Source of the DNA: a virus
Taxonomy: Duplodnaviria > Heunggongvirae > Uroviricota > Caudoviricetes
Direction: 5' to 3' (one strand)
Length of the DNA: 54,039 nt
Virus record (IMG/VR): IMGVR_UViG_2541047747_000003
Both the position numbers and the translations under genes were made by a program. This document shows, in pieces, positions 36,695 to 45,294 of the stretch. The notes under the pieces were generated by a model that was given only the letters and a program-made list of their open reading frames with translations, did not search any database and was not told the origin of the DNA. Positions within the stretch are counted from its first letter, which is position 1. Every line of letters starts with the position of its first letter.

Positions 36695-36696
36695 TC

Positions 36697-37161
36697 ATGC
36701 CTATCAAGGGGGTTAAACGCGTCCGTGAGAGATTAAAGCAGGAACTAAAGGAAATCACCGATAAAAAGACGCACGAAGTTTTATGGCGCGTCGGTATGCT
36801 GGCTGGTGGCTTCGCGGCTAATATGACGCCAGTCGATACGGGCTTCTTAATTAACAGTCAGTTCCAGTACATAGGGAACACGGCGGACGGTATGCAATTA
36901 CGCCTGGGATATACGGCCCGCTACGCTGAATGGGTGCACAATATGCCGGGTACATTAAAAGGCCAGCCGCGCGAAGATTTCGGCAAAACGAATAACCTTT
37001 CAGATTTCGGACCGAAACAGGTAATTAGTTTTGGTGGTGGTACTGGAAAGGGTAATTATTGGGATCCAAATGCGGAGCCTGGATTCTTGCGTAAGGCATT
37101 CGAAGATCCTAACCACGCCGATGATATTTATAAAGAAATTGTAGAAGGTTACAAAGTATGA
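36697..37161 (+). CDS. Putative tail completion / head-tail joining protein
   Basis: 154-aa ORF, positional call. Confidence 0.45.
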   Translation: MPIKGVKRVRERLKQELKEITDKKTHEVLWRVGMLAGGFAANMTPVDTGFLINSQFQYIGNTADGMQLRLGYTARYAEWVHNMPGTLKGQPREDFGKTNNLSDFGPKQVISFGGGTGKGNYWDPNAEPGFLRKAFEDPNHADDIYKEIVEGYKV

Positions 37162-37544
37162 AACGCAGCGAAGTTTACGACGAAATAAGGGATTGGATTC
37201 AATCCCACGGATACGATGAAGGCTATATTTTGCAGGCCCGTTTCTGGAATGAGCGAAGTAATTCGAATAATGACAGATACATCGTGATCCAGCAAAACGG
37301 CGGCGCGGCTGGTGAGGAAGCAATAACCCGTGATTATTTCCGCATCCTGGTTATTTCAGCGCGTAATGATGCAAATATCAGTGAGGTGGAAGACCTTGCC
37401 GATGCCATCCGTCAAAGTATGTTAACAGAATATAAAACTGATAAAATTACACACATGAAGCCAGTTGGCGCTATTCCTGCAATACAGACAAGAGAAGGGC
37501 GCTTTATTTTTACCGTAGCCTTTCAAACCATCATATCAAGATAA
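37158..37544 (+). CDS. Putative tail terminator protein
   Basis: 128-aa ORF directly upstream of the major tail protein, positional call. Confidence 0.45.
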   Translation: MKRSEVYDEIRDWIQSHGYDEGYILQARFWNERSNSNNDRYIVIQQNGGAAGEEAITRDYFRILVISARNDANISEVEDLADAIRQSMLTEYKTDKITHMKPVGAIPAIQTREGRFIFTVAFQTIISR

Positions 37545-37557
37545 GAGGTAAATTAAC

Positions 37558-38034
37558 ATGTCTCAGACTTGCGAAAAAGGCACGTTTACAGGCCGTGACG
37601 TTGCTGTATTCTTCGCTATCGCTTGTCCAAATGCGAAGCCGGAATCTGGAGCGTACAAAGCGTTAGGCATGATGCGTGGTAAAACACTTTCCGTTGAATG
37701 GGAAACCGCTGACGCCACCGCCGATAAATCAGCCGATTACACGAAAGAATCAATGGTTACTTACAAATCCGTTTCTTTCTCCGGCGACGGTGTGTCCCGC
37801 ACTGAAGAAATCCATAATCAGAAAGCGCTGAAACGCCACGTAATTACGCCAGGTGAAACCACCGGATCACAACCTTATGTATGGCTGAAGATCGTTTCTC
37901 CTGTAGACGTAACTGAAGGCCCATTCCTTTGCACTTCCTTTAAAGAAGAAGATCCGCATGATGATGTTTCCACCTGGTCTATTGAGTGCGAAAGCGCTGG
38001 CAAGGTAACGGTAGGCGACGTTCCGCCAGCATAA
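37558..38034 (+). CDS. Major tail (tube) protein
   Basis: 158 aa with strong RBS AGAGGTAAATTAACATG, followed by a terminator; position before the chaperone and tape measure. Confidence 0.6.
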   Translation: MSQTCEKGTFTGRDVAVFFAIACPNAKPESGAYKALGMMRGKTLSVEWETADATADKSADYTKESMVTYKSVSFSGDGVSRTEEIHNQKALKRHVITPGETTGSQPYVWLKIVSPVDVTEGPFLCTSFKEEDPHDDVSTWSIECESAGKVTVGDVPPA

Positions 38035-38051
38035 CAGCCAATATTAACAAT

Positions 38052-38078
38052 CGGGGCCATTTGGCCCCTTTTCTTTTA
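38052..38078 (+). terminator. Rho-independent terminator after the major tail gene
   Basis: Hairpin GGGGCCA-TT-TGGCCCC followed by TTTTCTTTT. Confidence 0.65.
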
Positions 38079-38089
38079 AGGTGAATACT

Positions 38090-38788
38090 ATGATCCATGT
38101 TCGTACAGGACAATTTGCTGCCGTGGTGAACGGTAAGCGCTATGAGTTTAATCCTTGCTTTGCTGCGATGGCTAAAATCGGCAACGATAGTGAGCTTGTC
38201 GAATATTTCGCACTTATCCACGGCGGCAAATATCCATCACGATTGCCAGCAGATCCAGACCTACGCAATCGCATTCTGGCGCGGTGTTATGGTGAAATAG
38301 TTCAGACATCAATGCACATCCTGAAATGTTGCTCAGACGACGAAATAGGCCCGTTATTGGGCGAATGCTGGTTTACTCCTTCGGGTAAGTTAAAGTTAAA
38401 GCCCGGATTAATGCCGATCGAGGATATCATCACGCTTGCGCAGCACTGCATGTACCACGGTCTTATTGGTGATGGCCCGGAAGAAGAGTCCGGGGAAATC
38501 CCGGAAGGGGAATATAAGCCGACTTTTAACGTCCTTGAATTCGTCTATTCTGCCGTTGCTCACCTGGGCTTGTCAGAATCGGAAGCATGGAATATGACAA
38601 TGACCGGATATAGGGCCGCTGTACGCGCTAAAACGCCGCCAGACGAAAGAAACGAGAAAAGCAAGCCAAACATTCACATAAATAAACGTGCTTATGACGA
38701 GCAAATGGAGGCCGCTAAAAAGGCACTAGAAAGAATGAAAAATCGTGAGCAAGAAAAGCCCGGTAGATCCGGGCGTTTTGCTAATTGA
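38090..38788 (+). CDS. Putative tail assembly chaperone
   Basis: Start chosen at MIHVRTGQF; positional call between tube and tape measure; no frameshift site identified. Confidence 0.45.
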   Translation: MIHVRTGQFAAVVNGKRYEFNPCFAAMAKIGNDSELVEYFALIHGGKYPSRLPADPDLRNRILARCYGEIVQTSMHILKCCSDDEIGPLLGECWFTPSGKLKLKPGLMPIEDIITLAQHCMYHGLIGDGPEEESGEIPEGEYKPTFNVLEFVYSAVAHLGLSESEAWNMTMTGYRAAVRAKTPPDERNEKSKPNIHINKRAYDEQMEAAKKALERMKNREQEKPGRSGRFAN

Positions 38789-39155
38789 AATCTTTAATTG
38801 CTGTACCTGGTGAACTGTGTGTGATTGTATTGTATACAGACTTTGCCTTACTGCGATCTTTCCATTCTTTTAGGATGCAGTTATCAAACTTTGCGATAAC
38901 CCTTGAAGGGGATAATTCTTCAACATCCATGTAAGTAAATCCTATCGTGCTGGTTACTGAATACCATACGTGATAACTATAATTACCGTCATGCTCGATT
39001 CTTTGTGGTTCCCCCATTATTTTATTCACTTGCTCACAAGTCATTCCAACTTGCAAATTTTTATCAGCTAACTTAACGAAATCAGTTGATCTTGCGCACC
39101 CTGTAAGAGCTAAAGCCATAACACCAATGAGAACCGCTTTGATTATTTTTTTCAT
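38781..39155 (-). CDS. Lipoprotein with BamE/SmpA-OmlA-like domain (accessory gene)
   Basis: Signal peptide plus lipobox LTGC; LQVGMTCEQVNKIMGEP resembles the BamE fold signature; AT-rich; opposite strand to the tail genes. Confidence 0.6.
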   Translation of the reverse strand: MKKIIKAVLIGVMALALTGCARSTDFVKLADKNLQVGMTCEQVNKIMGEPQRIEHDGNYSYHVWYSVTSTIGFTYMDVEELSPSRVIAKFDNCILKEWKDRSKAKSVYNTITHSSPGTAIKDFN

Positions 39156-39165
39156 GATTTACCCC

Positions 39166-39825
39166 TTAATTCCAGTTGCAAGCGTTTTTCACTTTGTCGA
39201 TGTGGTTATAAAGACCATCAATGTTAAACACTGCTTTCTCAATGTCGCCAGCTTCCGGCACTACTTCAATGATGAATTGTTTTTCGTTAACCAGTTTTTT
39301 AATCATTGGGATGGCTTTTTTGCCGTCCCATAATCCAAGAGCTTTATAATTAGTTGACCGCCACCACTCAGTAGCTACAGCTTTGTGAACGCCGATCCGG
39401 TAGTTAATATAAGTAGTGTCCCCGGCGTCAGTTACATGGTGTGACCATGCTACGAACATTTTTGTTTTATTACCCTGGCAAGCGATTGTTAATACCGGTT
39501 TATTCTTATCCTGTGCCTTCAGTGTCGGGAAAGCATCAAGACTTCCGCTGAATTGTTCTGCTTTCACAAAAAGGAATACGTTTTTTGCGTCCTGCATATC
39601 ATCTTTTCTTTCAACTACAAGCCACTGTTTACCAGCATTTTCTTTTTCTAACTGTGCATCGTATGCGGCTTGTTTTGCTTGTTGTTCTGCAAGCCATTTA
39701 GCATTTTTCTCTGCTAATGCTTGTTGCTCTTGATTGGTCACTATAGGCGCTTTTTCATTATCCTCATTGCAACCAACCAGACCCAATACCGCCGCAATCA
39801 TTGCCACTTTTGCTAACCGTTTCAT
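39166..39825 (-). CDS. Lipoprotein (accessory gene)
   Basis: 219 aa; signal peptide with lipobox LVGC; Gln/Ala-rich linker; opposite strand to the tail genes. Confidence 0.6.
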   Translation of the reverse strand: MKRLAKVAMIAAVLGLVGCNEDNEKAPIVTNQEQQALAEKNAKWLAEQQAKQAAYDAQLEKENAGKQWLVVERKDDMQDAKNVFLFVKAEQFSGSLDAFPTLKAQDKNKPVLTIACQGNKTKMFVAWSHHVTDAGDTTYINYRIGVHKAVATEWWRSTNYKALGLWDGKKAIPMIKKLVNEKQFIIEVVPEAGDIEKAVFNIDGLYNHIDKVKNACNWN

Positions 39826-39872
39826 AACCCACCACGCTAACTTGATTTACTGACCATTCCCTTTAGCTTCCT

Positions 39873-39912
39873 TATACAAAATGGAGTCGTTGAAGTAAAG
39901 CCATTTTGTATA
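39873..39912. promoter_or_regulatory. Perfect 12-bp inverted repeat TATACAAAATGG / CCATTTTGTATA with 16-bp spacer
   Basis: Intergenic, between the divergent lipoprotein gene and the tape measure gene; a copy pair of the dispersed motif. Confidence 0.6.
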
Positions 39913-39952
39913 AAATAGATACACAGATCACATTTTTGCATGAGGTTAAATC

Positions 39953-42295
39953 ATGGCTACCAGTGTAGGTACAATTTATTACGAAGTTGATGCGAAAACT
40001 GGTCAACTTCTCGTTGCACAACGACAGGCAGACCAGGCCTTTGATCGTATAGAGCGCGGCGCAAAACAGGCTGACCGCCAGGTAAACACCCTGAAAACAT
40101 CCATCAAGGCACTGACCAGGGTTATCCATCTGCTAATTGCTGCGGAGGCTGTGCGCCAATTTATGGATATGGCGGAGCAAGCAAAAATGCTTCGCGTAAA
40201 AATCAAAATGCTTACGGGCGATGCGGAGTCCGCCGGACGGGTTTTCGACGGCCTGAAAGCAATATCCAGGGAGACGGGGCAGAGCCTGAAAGATACTGGC
40301 GAATTATGGCAAGGCCTGGCTATCTCACTAAAAAACACCTCCGCTACGGAAGGGCAATTGCTTAACCTGGTTGGCACTATTCAGAAAATGGGTGCATTAG
40401 GCGGCGCGTCAGCGGAACAGATGTCTAACTCAATGCGTCAATTCCGTCAGTCTATCGACGGCGGTGTTCTTCGTGCCGAAGAATTTAACAGCCTGCTTGA
40501 AAATACGCCGACCATCGTACAAACAATGGCCCGCCATATGGGATTATCAATGGGCCAGTTCCGCGCCGAAATGCTGGACGGCAAGATCACGGCTGAAAGG
40601 ATGGTTAACGCAATACAGGCGGCTACGCAGGAAACAAACGATAAGTTTGCTCAGTTGCCGCGCACATCCGGCATGGCTATCAATGAGCTTAAAGTAGAAA
40701 TTATGGGCCTTGTTGAGCAGTTGGATGATCTTTTTGGCGTGTCAGATGGCGTTGTTTCAGCTATCGACTTGATCACGAAAGGCGTTAAAGGGCTTGGCGA
40801 TGGCGCTAAATTCGCTAAAACCTGCTTCGACACACTCAAAACGGCTGGTAGCGAATTTATCGACATGTTTGATGATGTGGCTGTTAAGGCTGGAGAGGTG
40901 GCAGAGAAGATCATCGCAATGGTGACGCCAATCAAGGCGCTAATGGATGGCTATAAATGGATGAAGGAGGTAGTAGGAGAGCAAACCGACGAATATAACA
41001 GCAACTACGAGAAGAAATACGGGAAGACCGTTGGCAAGGTCATGCAACTACAGGATGATCTGACCGCAGCAATCCAGGCTACAGAAGAAGCAAGGAAAAA
41101 TGAACAGAATGCTGCCAATGACGGAGCGATTACCGGATTCGACAAGCCAGTAGACAAGCCGAAAAAACAGAAAAAAGAGAAGAAATCGGAAGCTGATCGG
41201 CTTGGTGACAAAGGTATAAGCGTTTCTGATCAGTACAACAAAGACGCCGCCGCCATGCGCAAAGCGTTGGAGAACGGCAAGGCCATTGATGCTGCATTTG
41301 CCCAGGGTAAAATCACGCTCCTTGAGTACCGCGCCGCGCAAAAAGGGATCGGCAAGGAACTGAAAGAAGAATTAGCACAAATTCCGGTAGATGAATTGCG
41401 TGATAAATGGTCACAAATAGTAAGCCCGATGGATCAGCTAAAAGGCGAAGTTGACCCCATCCAGCAGGCGCAAAATGAATGGGCCATCCGTAAGCAAATG
41501 CTTATAGACCTGGGCGCTACTGAAGCGCAACAGAAACAGGAATTGTTAGCCTATGAGCAACAGATCCGCGATCTGAAATGGGAACAATGGCAGGCGCAAA
41601 GCGACACAAACGGCCTTATCGGTGATTGTGTTAATGGCCTTAAAGGCGGAATGAGTAATGCGCTTGTTGGCCTGTTAAACGGCACTCAATCATTGAGTGA
41701 TGTTTTTGCTAACTTAGGAAGCAATATACTCGGCAATATCGGTAACAGACTCTCAGACATAGCTGCAAACTGGATAGCAGATCAGATCATGATGGAGACA
41801 CAAAGCAAGGCCACGCAAACAAGTACAACAGCAAGCGCGGTAGCAGCTCAGGGAAGCATTGCTGCGGCGGCGGCCCCAGCAGCGGCGGCAACTGCGGCGT
41901 CAACTGGCGGTAGCTGGGCGGCGGCTGGTTCGGCGGCGCTCACTGCGATCATGTCGCTGGCTACGTCAATTTTCGGCGGCGGTCGCTTTAATGGTGGTAG
42001 CGTCATTGGTGGTAATATGTACCGCGTAGGGGAACACAACAGGCCGGAGCTATTCCAGACATCTAACGGCAATCAATATATGATCCCTGGCGAGAACGGC
42101 AGAGTTATTCCGGGTCGTGATATTGGCGGCGGTGGCGGTATTAGTATGCCTGTCAGTATCAGCATTCAGACCACGAACGGATTCAGCGACGAAGACAGCC
42201 GCAGACTTGAATTAACAATGGAACGTGTAGCCATGAAAATGATAACAAGGGAATCTCAAAGACCAGGCGGAATGTTGCAACCTCGCCGCAAATAA
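39953..42295 (+). CDS. Tail tape measure protein
   Basis: 780 aa, largely alpha-helical and low-complexity, Gly-rich C-terminal region; canonical position. Confidence 0.85.
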   Translation: MATSVGTIYYEVDAKTGQLLVAQRQADQAFDRIERGAKQADRQVNTLKTSIKALTRVIHLLIAAEAVRQFMDMAEQAKMLRVKIKMLTGDAESAGRVFDGLKAISRETGQSLKDTGELWQGLAISLKNTSATEGQLLNLVGTIQKMGALGGASAEQMSNSMRQFRQSIDGGVLRAEEFNSLLENTPTIVQTMARHMGLSMGQFRAEMLDGKITAERMVNAIQAATQETNDKFAQLPRTSGMAINELKVEIMGLVEQLDDLFGVSDGVVSAIDLITKGVKGLGDGAKFAKTCFDTLKTAGSEFIDMFDDVAVKAGEVAEKIIAMVTPIKALMDGYKWMKEVVGEQTDEYNSNYEKKYGKTVGKVMQLQDDLTAAIQATEEARKNEQNAANDGAITGFDKPVDKPKKQKKEKKSEADRLGDKGISVSDQYNKDAAAMRKALENGKAIDAAFAQGKITLLEYRAAQKGIGKELKEELAQIPVDELRDKWSQIVSPMDQLKGEVDPIQQAQNEWAIRKQMLIDLGATEAQQKQELLAYEQQIRDLKWEQWQAQSDTNGLIGDCVNGLKGGMSNALVGLLNGTQSLSDVFANLGSNILGNIGNRLSDIAANWIADQIMMETQSKATQTSTTASAVAAQGSIAAAAAPAAAATAASTGGSWAAAGSAALTAIMSLATSIFGGGRFNGGSVIGGNMYRVGEHNRPELFQTSNGNQYMIPGENGRVIPGRDIGGGGGISMPVSISIQTTNGFSDEDSRRLELTMERVAMKMITRESQRPGGMLQPRRK

Positions 42296-42298
42296 ACT

Positions 42299-42327
42299 AA
42301 ACCCCGGTGCAATGCCGGGGTTATTTT
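42299..42327 (+). terminator. Rho-independent terminator after the tape measure gene
   Basis: CCCCGGTG-CAAT-GCCGGGG then TTATTTTT; near-identical to the terminator at 35713. Confidence 0.7.
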
Positions 42328-42381
42328 TCGTATTTATAAACGACCATTCCGCGCGATATATCCCCTTTCGAATATCTCGAC

Positions 42382-42636
42382 TCACTTATGAGTGCCTTTC
42401 ACGCCACATAACTTGTTATAGGCACGGTGCTCAACAATTAACCAAACCTTCAAATCTTCGCTAAACAGCCTCCAATCAAGATTGATATCCATTTTGTATC
42501 CGTAACCGTCGCGTAACTTTTTGGGGTAAACTTCTTTTCTCAGAAAGGCTTTAAGTAATTCCTTACCTTTCTTGATGATCCGGTCCTGTGCGTTTTTCTG
42601 TGCTTTCAGATTTCTGTCAATCGCTACCAGTTTCAT
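42382..42636 (-). CDS. Possible RelE/ParE-like toxin (84 aa), low confidence
   Basis: Small basic protein; C-terminal hydrophobic strand ending in HR (VWLIVEHR) resembles the RelE/ParE C-terminus; GGGGTGAG RBS; follows a 50-aa ORF. Confidence 0.35.
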   Translation of the reverse strand: MKLVAIDRNLKAQKNAQDRIIKKGKELLKAFLRKEVYPKKLRDGYGYKMDINLDWRLFSEDLKVWLIVEHRAYNKLCGVKGTHK

Positions 42637-42659
42637 AACTCACCCCATCATCCTTAGTT

Positions 42660-42812
42660 AAGTGCCTTCAGGAAGAAGTCCCGGTATTCATCTTCTTTCG
42701 CATTCATCATGAATTGACCGTATTTGAATGCGTCGTCGAAACCCTTAACGATTGCTATTTCCACTTGTTCGAATGCGTTATTTAGCATTACTACTACATA
42801 GCGTTTCATTTT
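42660..42812 (-). CDS. Hypothetical small protein (50 aa), possible antitoxin partner
   Basis: Hand-translated MKRYVVVMLNNAFEQVEIAIVKGFDDAFKYGQFMMNAKEDEYRDFFLKALN; upstream of and close to the 84-aa ORF. Confidence 0.3.
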
Positions 42813-42976
42813 GGGCCTCCTTCGTTGGTACTACTTTCTTCTTGCTTTCTATATACATCTTGTTGCGTGCTATGTGAAGCCATTTTGTAAACTAGCTATA
42901 ATCATTGTGACAATGATCTTATTTTTCGCGTAGAAGCGCGTAAAGATATATACAAAATGTAACTTGTGGGGGTTTT

Positions 42977-43330
42977 ATGCCGGAAGTGTTCAGATGGACG
43001 CCGCAAAGAAGCTACAGCGTGACCAGGAAGCCAGACGTATCTGTTGTTAAGCTGGGCGATGGTTATGAGCAAAGACAGGTAAAAGGTATCAATCCATTGC
43101 TTGATAGCTACACCCTGGTGTTTAAAGGCAGTAGCGCCGGATGTGGTGATGGTGGAAACGTAGCAATCCAGGCGGAAGCATTCTTGAGGGCGCGCGGCGC
43201 GGTCGAGGCTTTTTACTGGTCGCCGTCAATGGATAACGTGCAAAGGCTTTTTGTCTGTCGGCAATGGAGCATGACTAAAGACGGGCCTTTGTACACGCTA
43301 AACGCAACGTTTGAGCAAGTTGTTGGCTAA
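42977..43330 (+). CDS. Minor tail protein (lambda M-like)
   Basis: 117 aa; first gene after the tape measure, conserved lambda tail-tip gene order. Confidence 0.65.
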   Translation: MPEVFRWTPQRSYSVTRKPDVSVVKLGDGYEQRQVKGINPLLDSYTLVFKGSSAGCGDGGNVAIQAEAFLRARGAVEAFYWSPSMDNVQRLFVCRQWSMTKDGPLYTLNATFEQVVG

Positions 43331-43527
43331 TGGGGGTTGTTATGTACGGGACTTGTGTAGTTGACAAAACTTACGCTTTTACATTGTTTGACGACTATGA
43401 GATCAACGACCTTACTGTAAAAGCTGACAACGGCGATATATGGTATCTTCACGACGTTGGTGATGGGTACGTTGGGTGTAGATCCCGGGAAGGGAAGGAG
43501 GTTTTATTTTTGGTTGATGGCGTATAA
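43330..43527 (+). CDS. Hypothetical small protein
   Basis: 65-aa ORF followed by a terminator. Confidence 0.35.
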   Translation: MGVVMYGTCVVDKTYAFTLFDDYEINDLTVKADNGDIWYLHDVGDGYVGCRSREGKEVLFLVDGV

Positions 43528-43533
43528 ACACGA

Positions 43534-43561
43534 CCCCGCGCGAAGCGGGGTTATTTTTATT
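43534..43561 (+). terminator. Rho-independent terminator
   Basis: CCCCGCG-CGAA-GCGGGG followed by TTATTTTTATT. Confidence 0.6.
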
Positions 43562-43683
43562 CTATTTCCATTAATGCTATATTTTCTGCTATCGTTTTCC
43601 AGTCCAGATCTACAGCATGAACGCCAAATACTATCAACCCCATTATTATTAGCGCCAAAACTTTTATTTTTATAATTAGTCAC

Positions 43684-43932
43684 CTATAAGTTATCACGCA
43701 GATAATTAACGCCCTTATCAGTGACGAATGAATGGTTAACCTGGTTTTCATCCGTCATGATGATGAATAACTTTTCATGTAGGTATTTCGCTTTCGGGTA
43801 CAGCGTTAAACAGACCTGGTACAGTATCCCGCGCTCAATCAGCAAATCAATAAATTCGTGTTCATGATAACCGATGAGGCGGGCGGCCTGTTTCAACGTG
43901 TACACATAATCACCGTGATTGCGCCGCCCCAT
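43684..43932 (-). CDS. Hypothetical protein (accessory gene, minus strand)
   Basis: 82-aa ORF last in a three-gene minus-strand cassette. Confidence 0.45.
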   Translation of the reverse strand: MGRRNHGDYVYTLKQAARLIGYHEHEFIDLLIERGILYQVCLTLYPKAKYLHEKLFIIMTDENQVNHSFVTDKGVNYLRDNL

Positions 43933-43941
43933 GTTGCCGCC

Positions 43942-44289
43942 TTATTTATCGAATGCTGAAAGGTTATCGATACAGAAATCTTTCGCCGCTTTTTCGTATT
44001 CGCGTTTTGCTTCTGGATCGTCAGCCGGGAAACCTTTTGCGTGTATTTCACCAGGGCAAGACTGGTCCATAGAATCTGCATAATAAGCAGTGAAGCTACC
44101 ATTAATATCTTTCGGGTTCATATCTTCCACCTCATCAACTATCTGTACCGGATTAGCAGCATATTTCACTGGATGGCCTAAACTACATTCAAGAATCCTG
44201 CCTTCTTCCAGGGCTACTTCTTCGCTATCAAATAATCCGAAACACTCCTTGCTACCACTTAACCACACATCAAGACTGTATTTTTTCAT
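43942..44289 (-). CDS. Hypothetical protein (accessory gene, minus strand)
   Basis: Start chosen at MKKYSLDVWL with a GAGG RBS. Confidence 0.4.
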   Translation of the reverse strand: MKKYSLDVWLSGSKECFGLFDSEEVALEEGRILECSLGHPVKYAANPVQIVDEVEDMNPKDINGSFTAYYADSMDQSCPGEIHAKGFPADDPEAKREYEKAAKDFCIDNLSAFDK

Positions 44290-44458
44290 TTTTGTTAGCC
44301 TCATATTTGACAGGTTCGATCTGGTATCCCAAAAGGCGGTCATCCTCAGCAAGTAAAAGCGCGTCAACCAATGCTTCACCCTCGTCGTCATACAGGGCGA
44401 TAACCTTTTCCCTACCGTCTGTCATGAATACCGTCAACTTCCATAGCTTTTCAGTCAT
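44270..44458 (-). CDS. Hypothetical acidic protein (accessory gene, minus strand)
   Basis: Start chosen at MTEKLWKL with a GGAGGTG RBS; dispersed-motif copy immediately upstream. Confidence 0.45.
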   Translation of the reverse strand: MTEKLWKLTVFMTDGREKVIALYDDEGEALVDALLLAEDDRLLGYQIEPVKYEANKNEKIQS

Positions 44459-44587
44459 AACGCACCTCCGCGCCATTTTGTTAACTATGCTTCCGTTTGA
44501 GTAAAATATACATATTGTAAAAACCGCGATCAATCCATTTTGGTATGATTTAGCGTGACGCAGATCACAGAATGACAAGGTGAGAAA

Positions 44588-45292
44588 ATGCGCAATATTC
44601 CGAGAGAAATGATTATTGATTCCGTCGATGCCGGAGTCGGCGCGGTAATTGACTTGTTTGAATTAGACCTCACGCCCCTGGGTGGCGAGGTTATCCGCTT
44701 CCATTCCGGCGTGAATGGCTATTACGGCCCGGTTATCTGGAAGGGGGTGGCTTACAACAGCTACCCTATCGAGGCCACTGGCTTCGAAATGAAAAACGAG
44801 GGTGTCTATTCACGCCCGCAAATGGTTGTAGCCAACATTGGCGGCCTAATCACCGGGATGAATAACGATTTCAACGACCTGCGAGGAATGAAAGTTACAC
44901 GCCGCCAGGTGGAAGTAAAATACCTGGACGCCATCAACTTCCCCAACGGCAACCCGGATGCAGATCCGTCTATCGAGGCGGTGTCTTTTTACGTCGTTGA
45001 GGCGATGAGCGAAGAAACAGCCGACCAGGTGCAATATGAGCTGTCAACGCCAATTGATGCTGACAAGGCGGTTATCCCAGGGCGCACAATCCTTGCTGAC
45101 GTTTGCCAATGGCAATATCGCGGCGACGGTTGCGGATACAGTGGCGGCCCTGTAGCTACTGATAAAGACGAATCGACCAGCGATCCAAAGCTGGATAAAT
45201 GCAGCCACCGCCTGAGCGGTTGCCGTTTACGTTTCCCGCGCCCGAATCCGTTACCAATTTCATGTTTCCCAGGATCGAGCAAGGTGGGTTGA
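44588..45292 (+). CDS. Minor tail protein L
   Basis: 234 aa with lambda gpL-like size and position, C-terminal cysteine cluster (CQW...CGY...C..C). Confidence 0.75.
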   Translation: MRNIPREMIIDSVDAGVGAVIDLFELDLTPLGGEVIRFHSGVNGYYGPVIWKGVAYNSYPIEATGFEMKNEGVYSRPQMVVANIGGLITGMNNDFNDLRGMKVTRRQVEVKYLDAINFPNGNPDADPSIEAVSFYVVEAMSEETADQVQYELSTPIDADKAVIPGRTILADVCQWQYRGDGCGYSGGPVATDKDESTSDPKLDKCSHRLSGCRLRFPRPNPLPISCFPGSSKVG

Positions 45293-45294
45293 TT

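Noticed and set aside
39416-39733. 105-aa plus-strand ORF
   Set aside because: Antisense to the confidently called minus-strand lipoprotein gene, with no independent support.
40003-41341. Several minus-strand ORFs inside the tape measure gene
   Set aside because: Low-complexity antisense frames of a confidently called structural gene.
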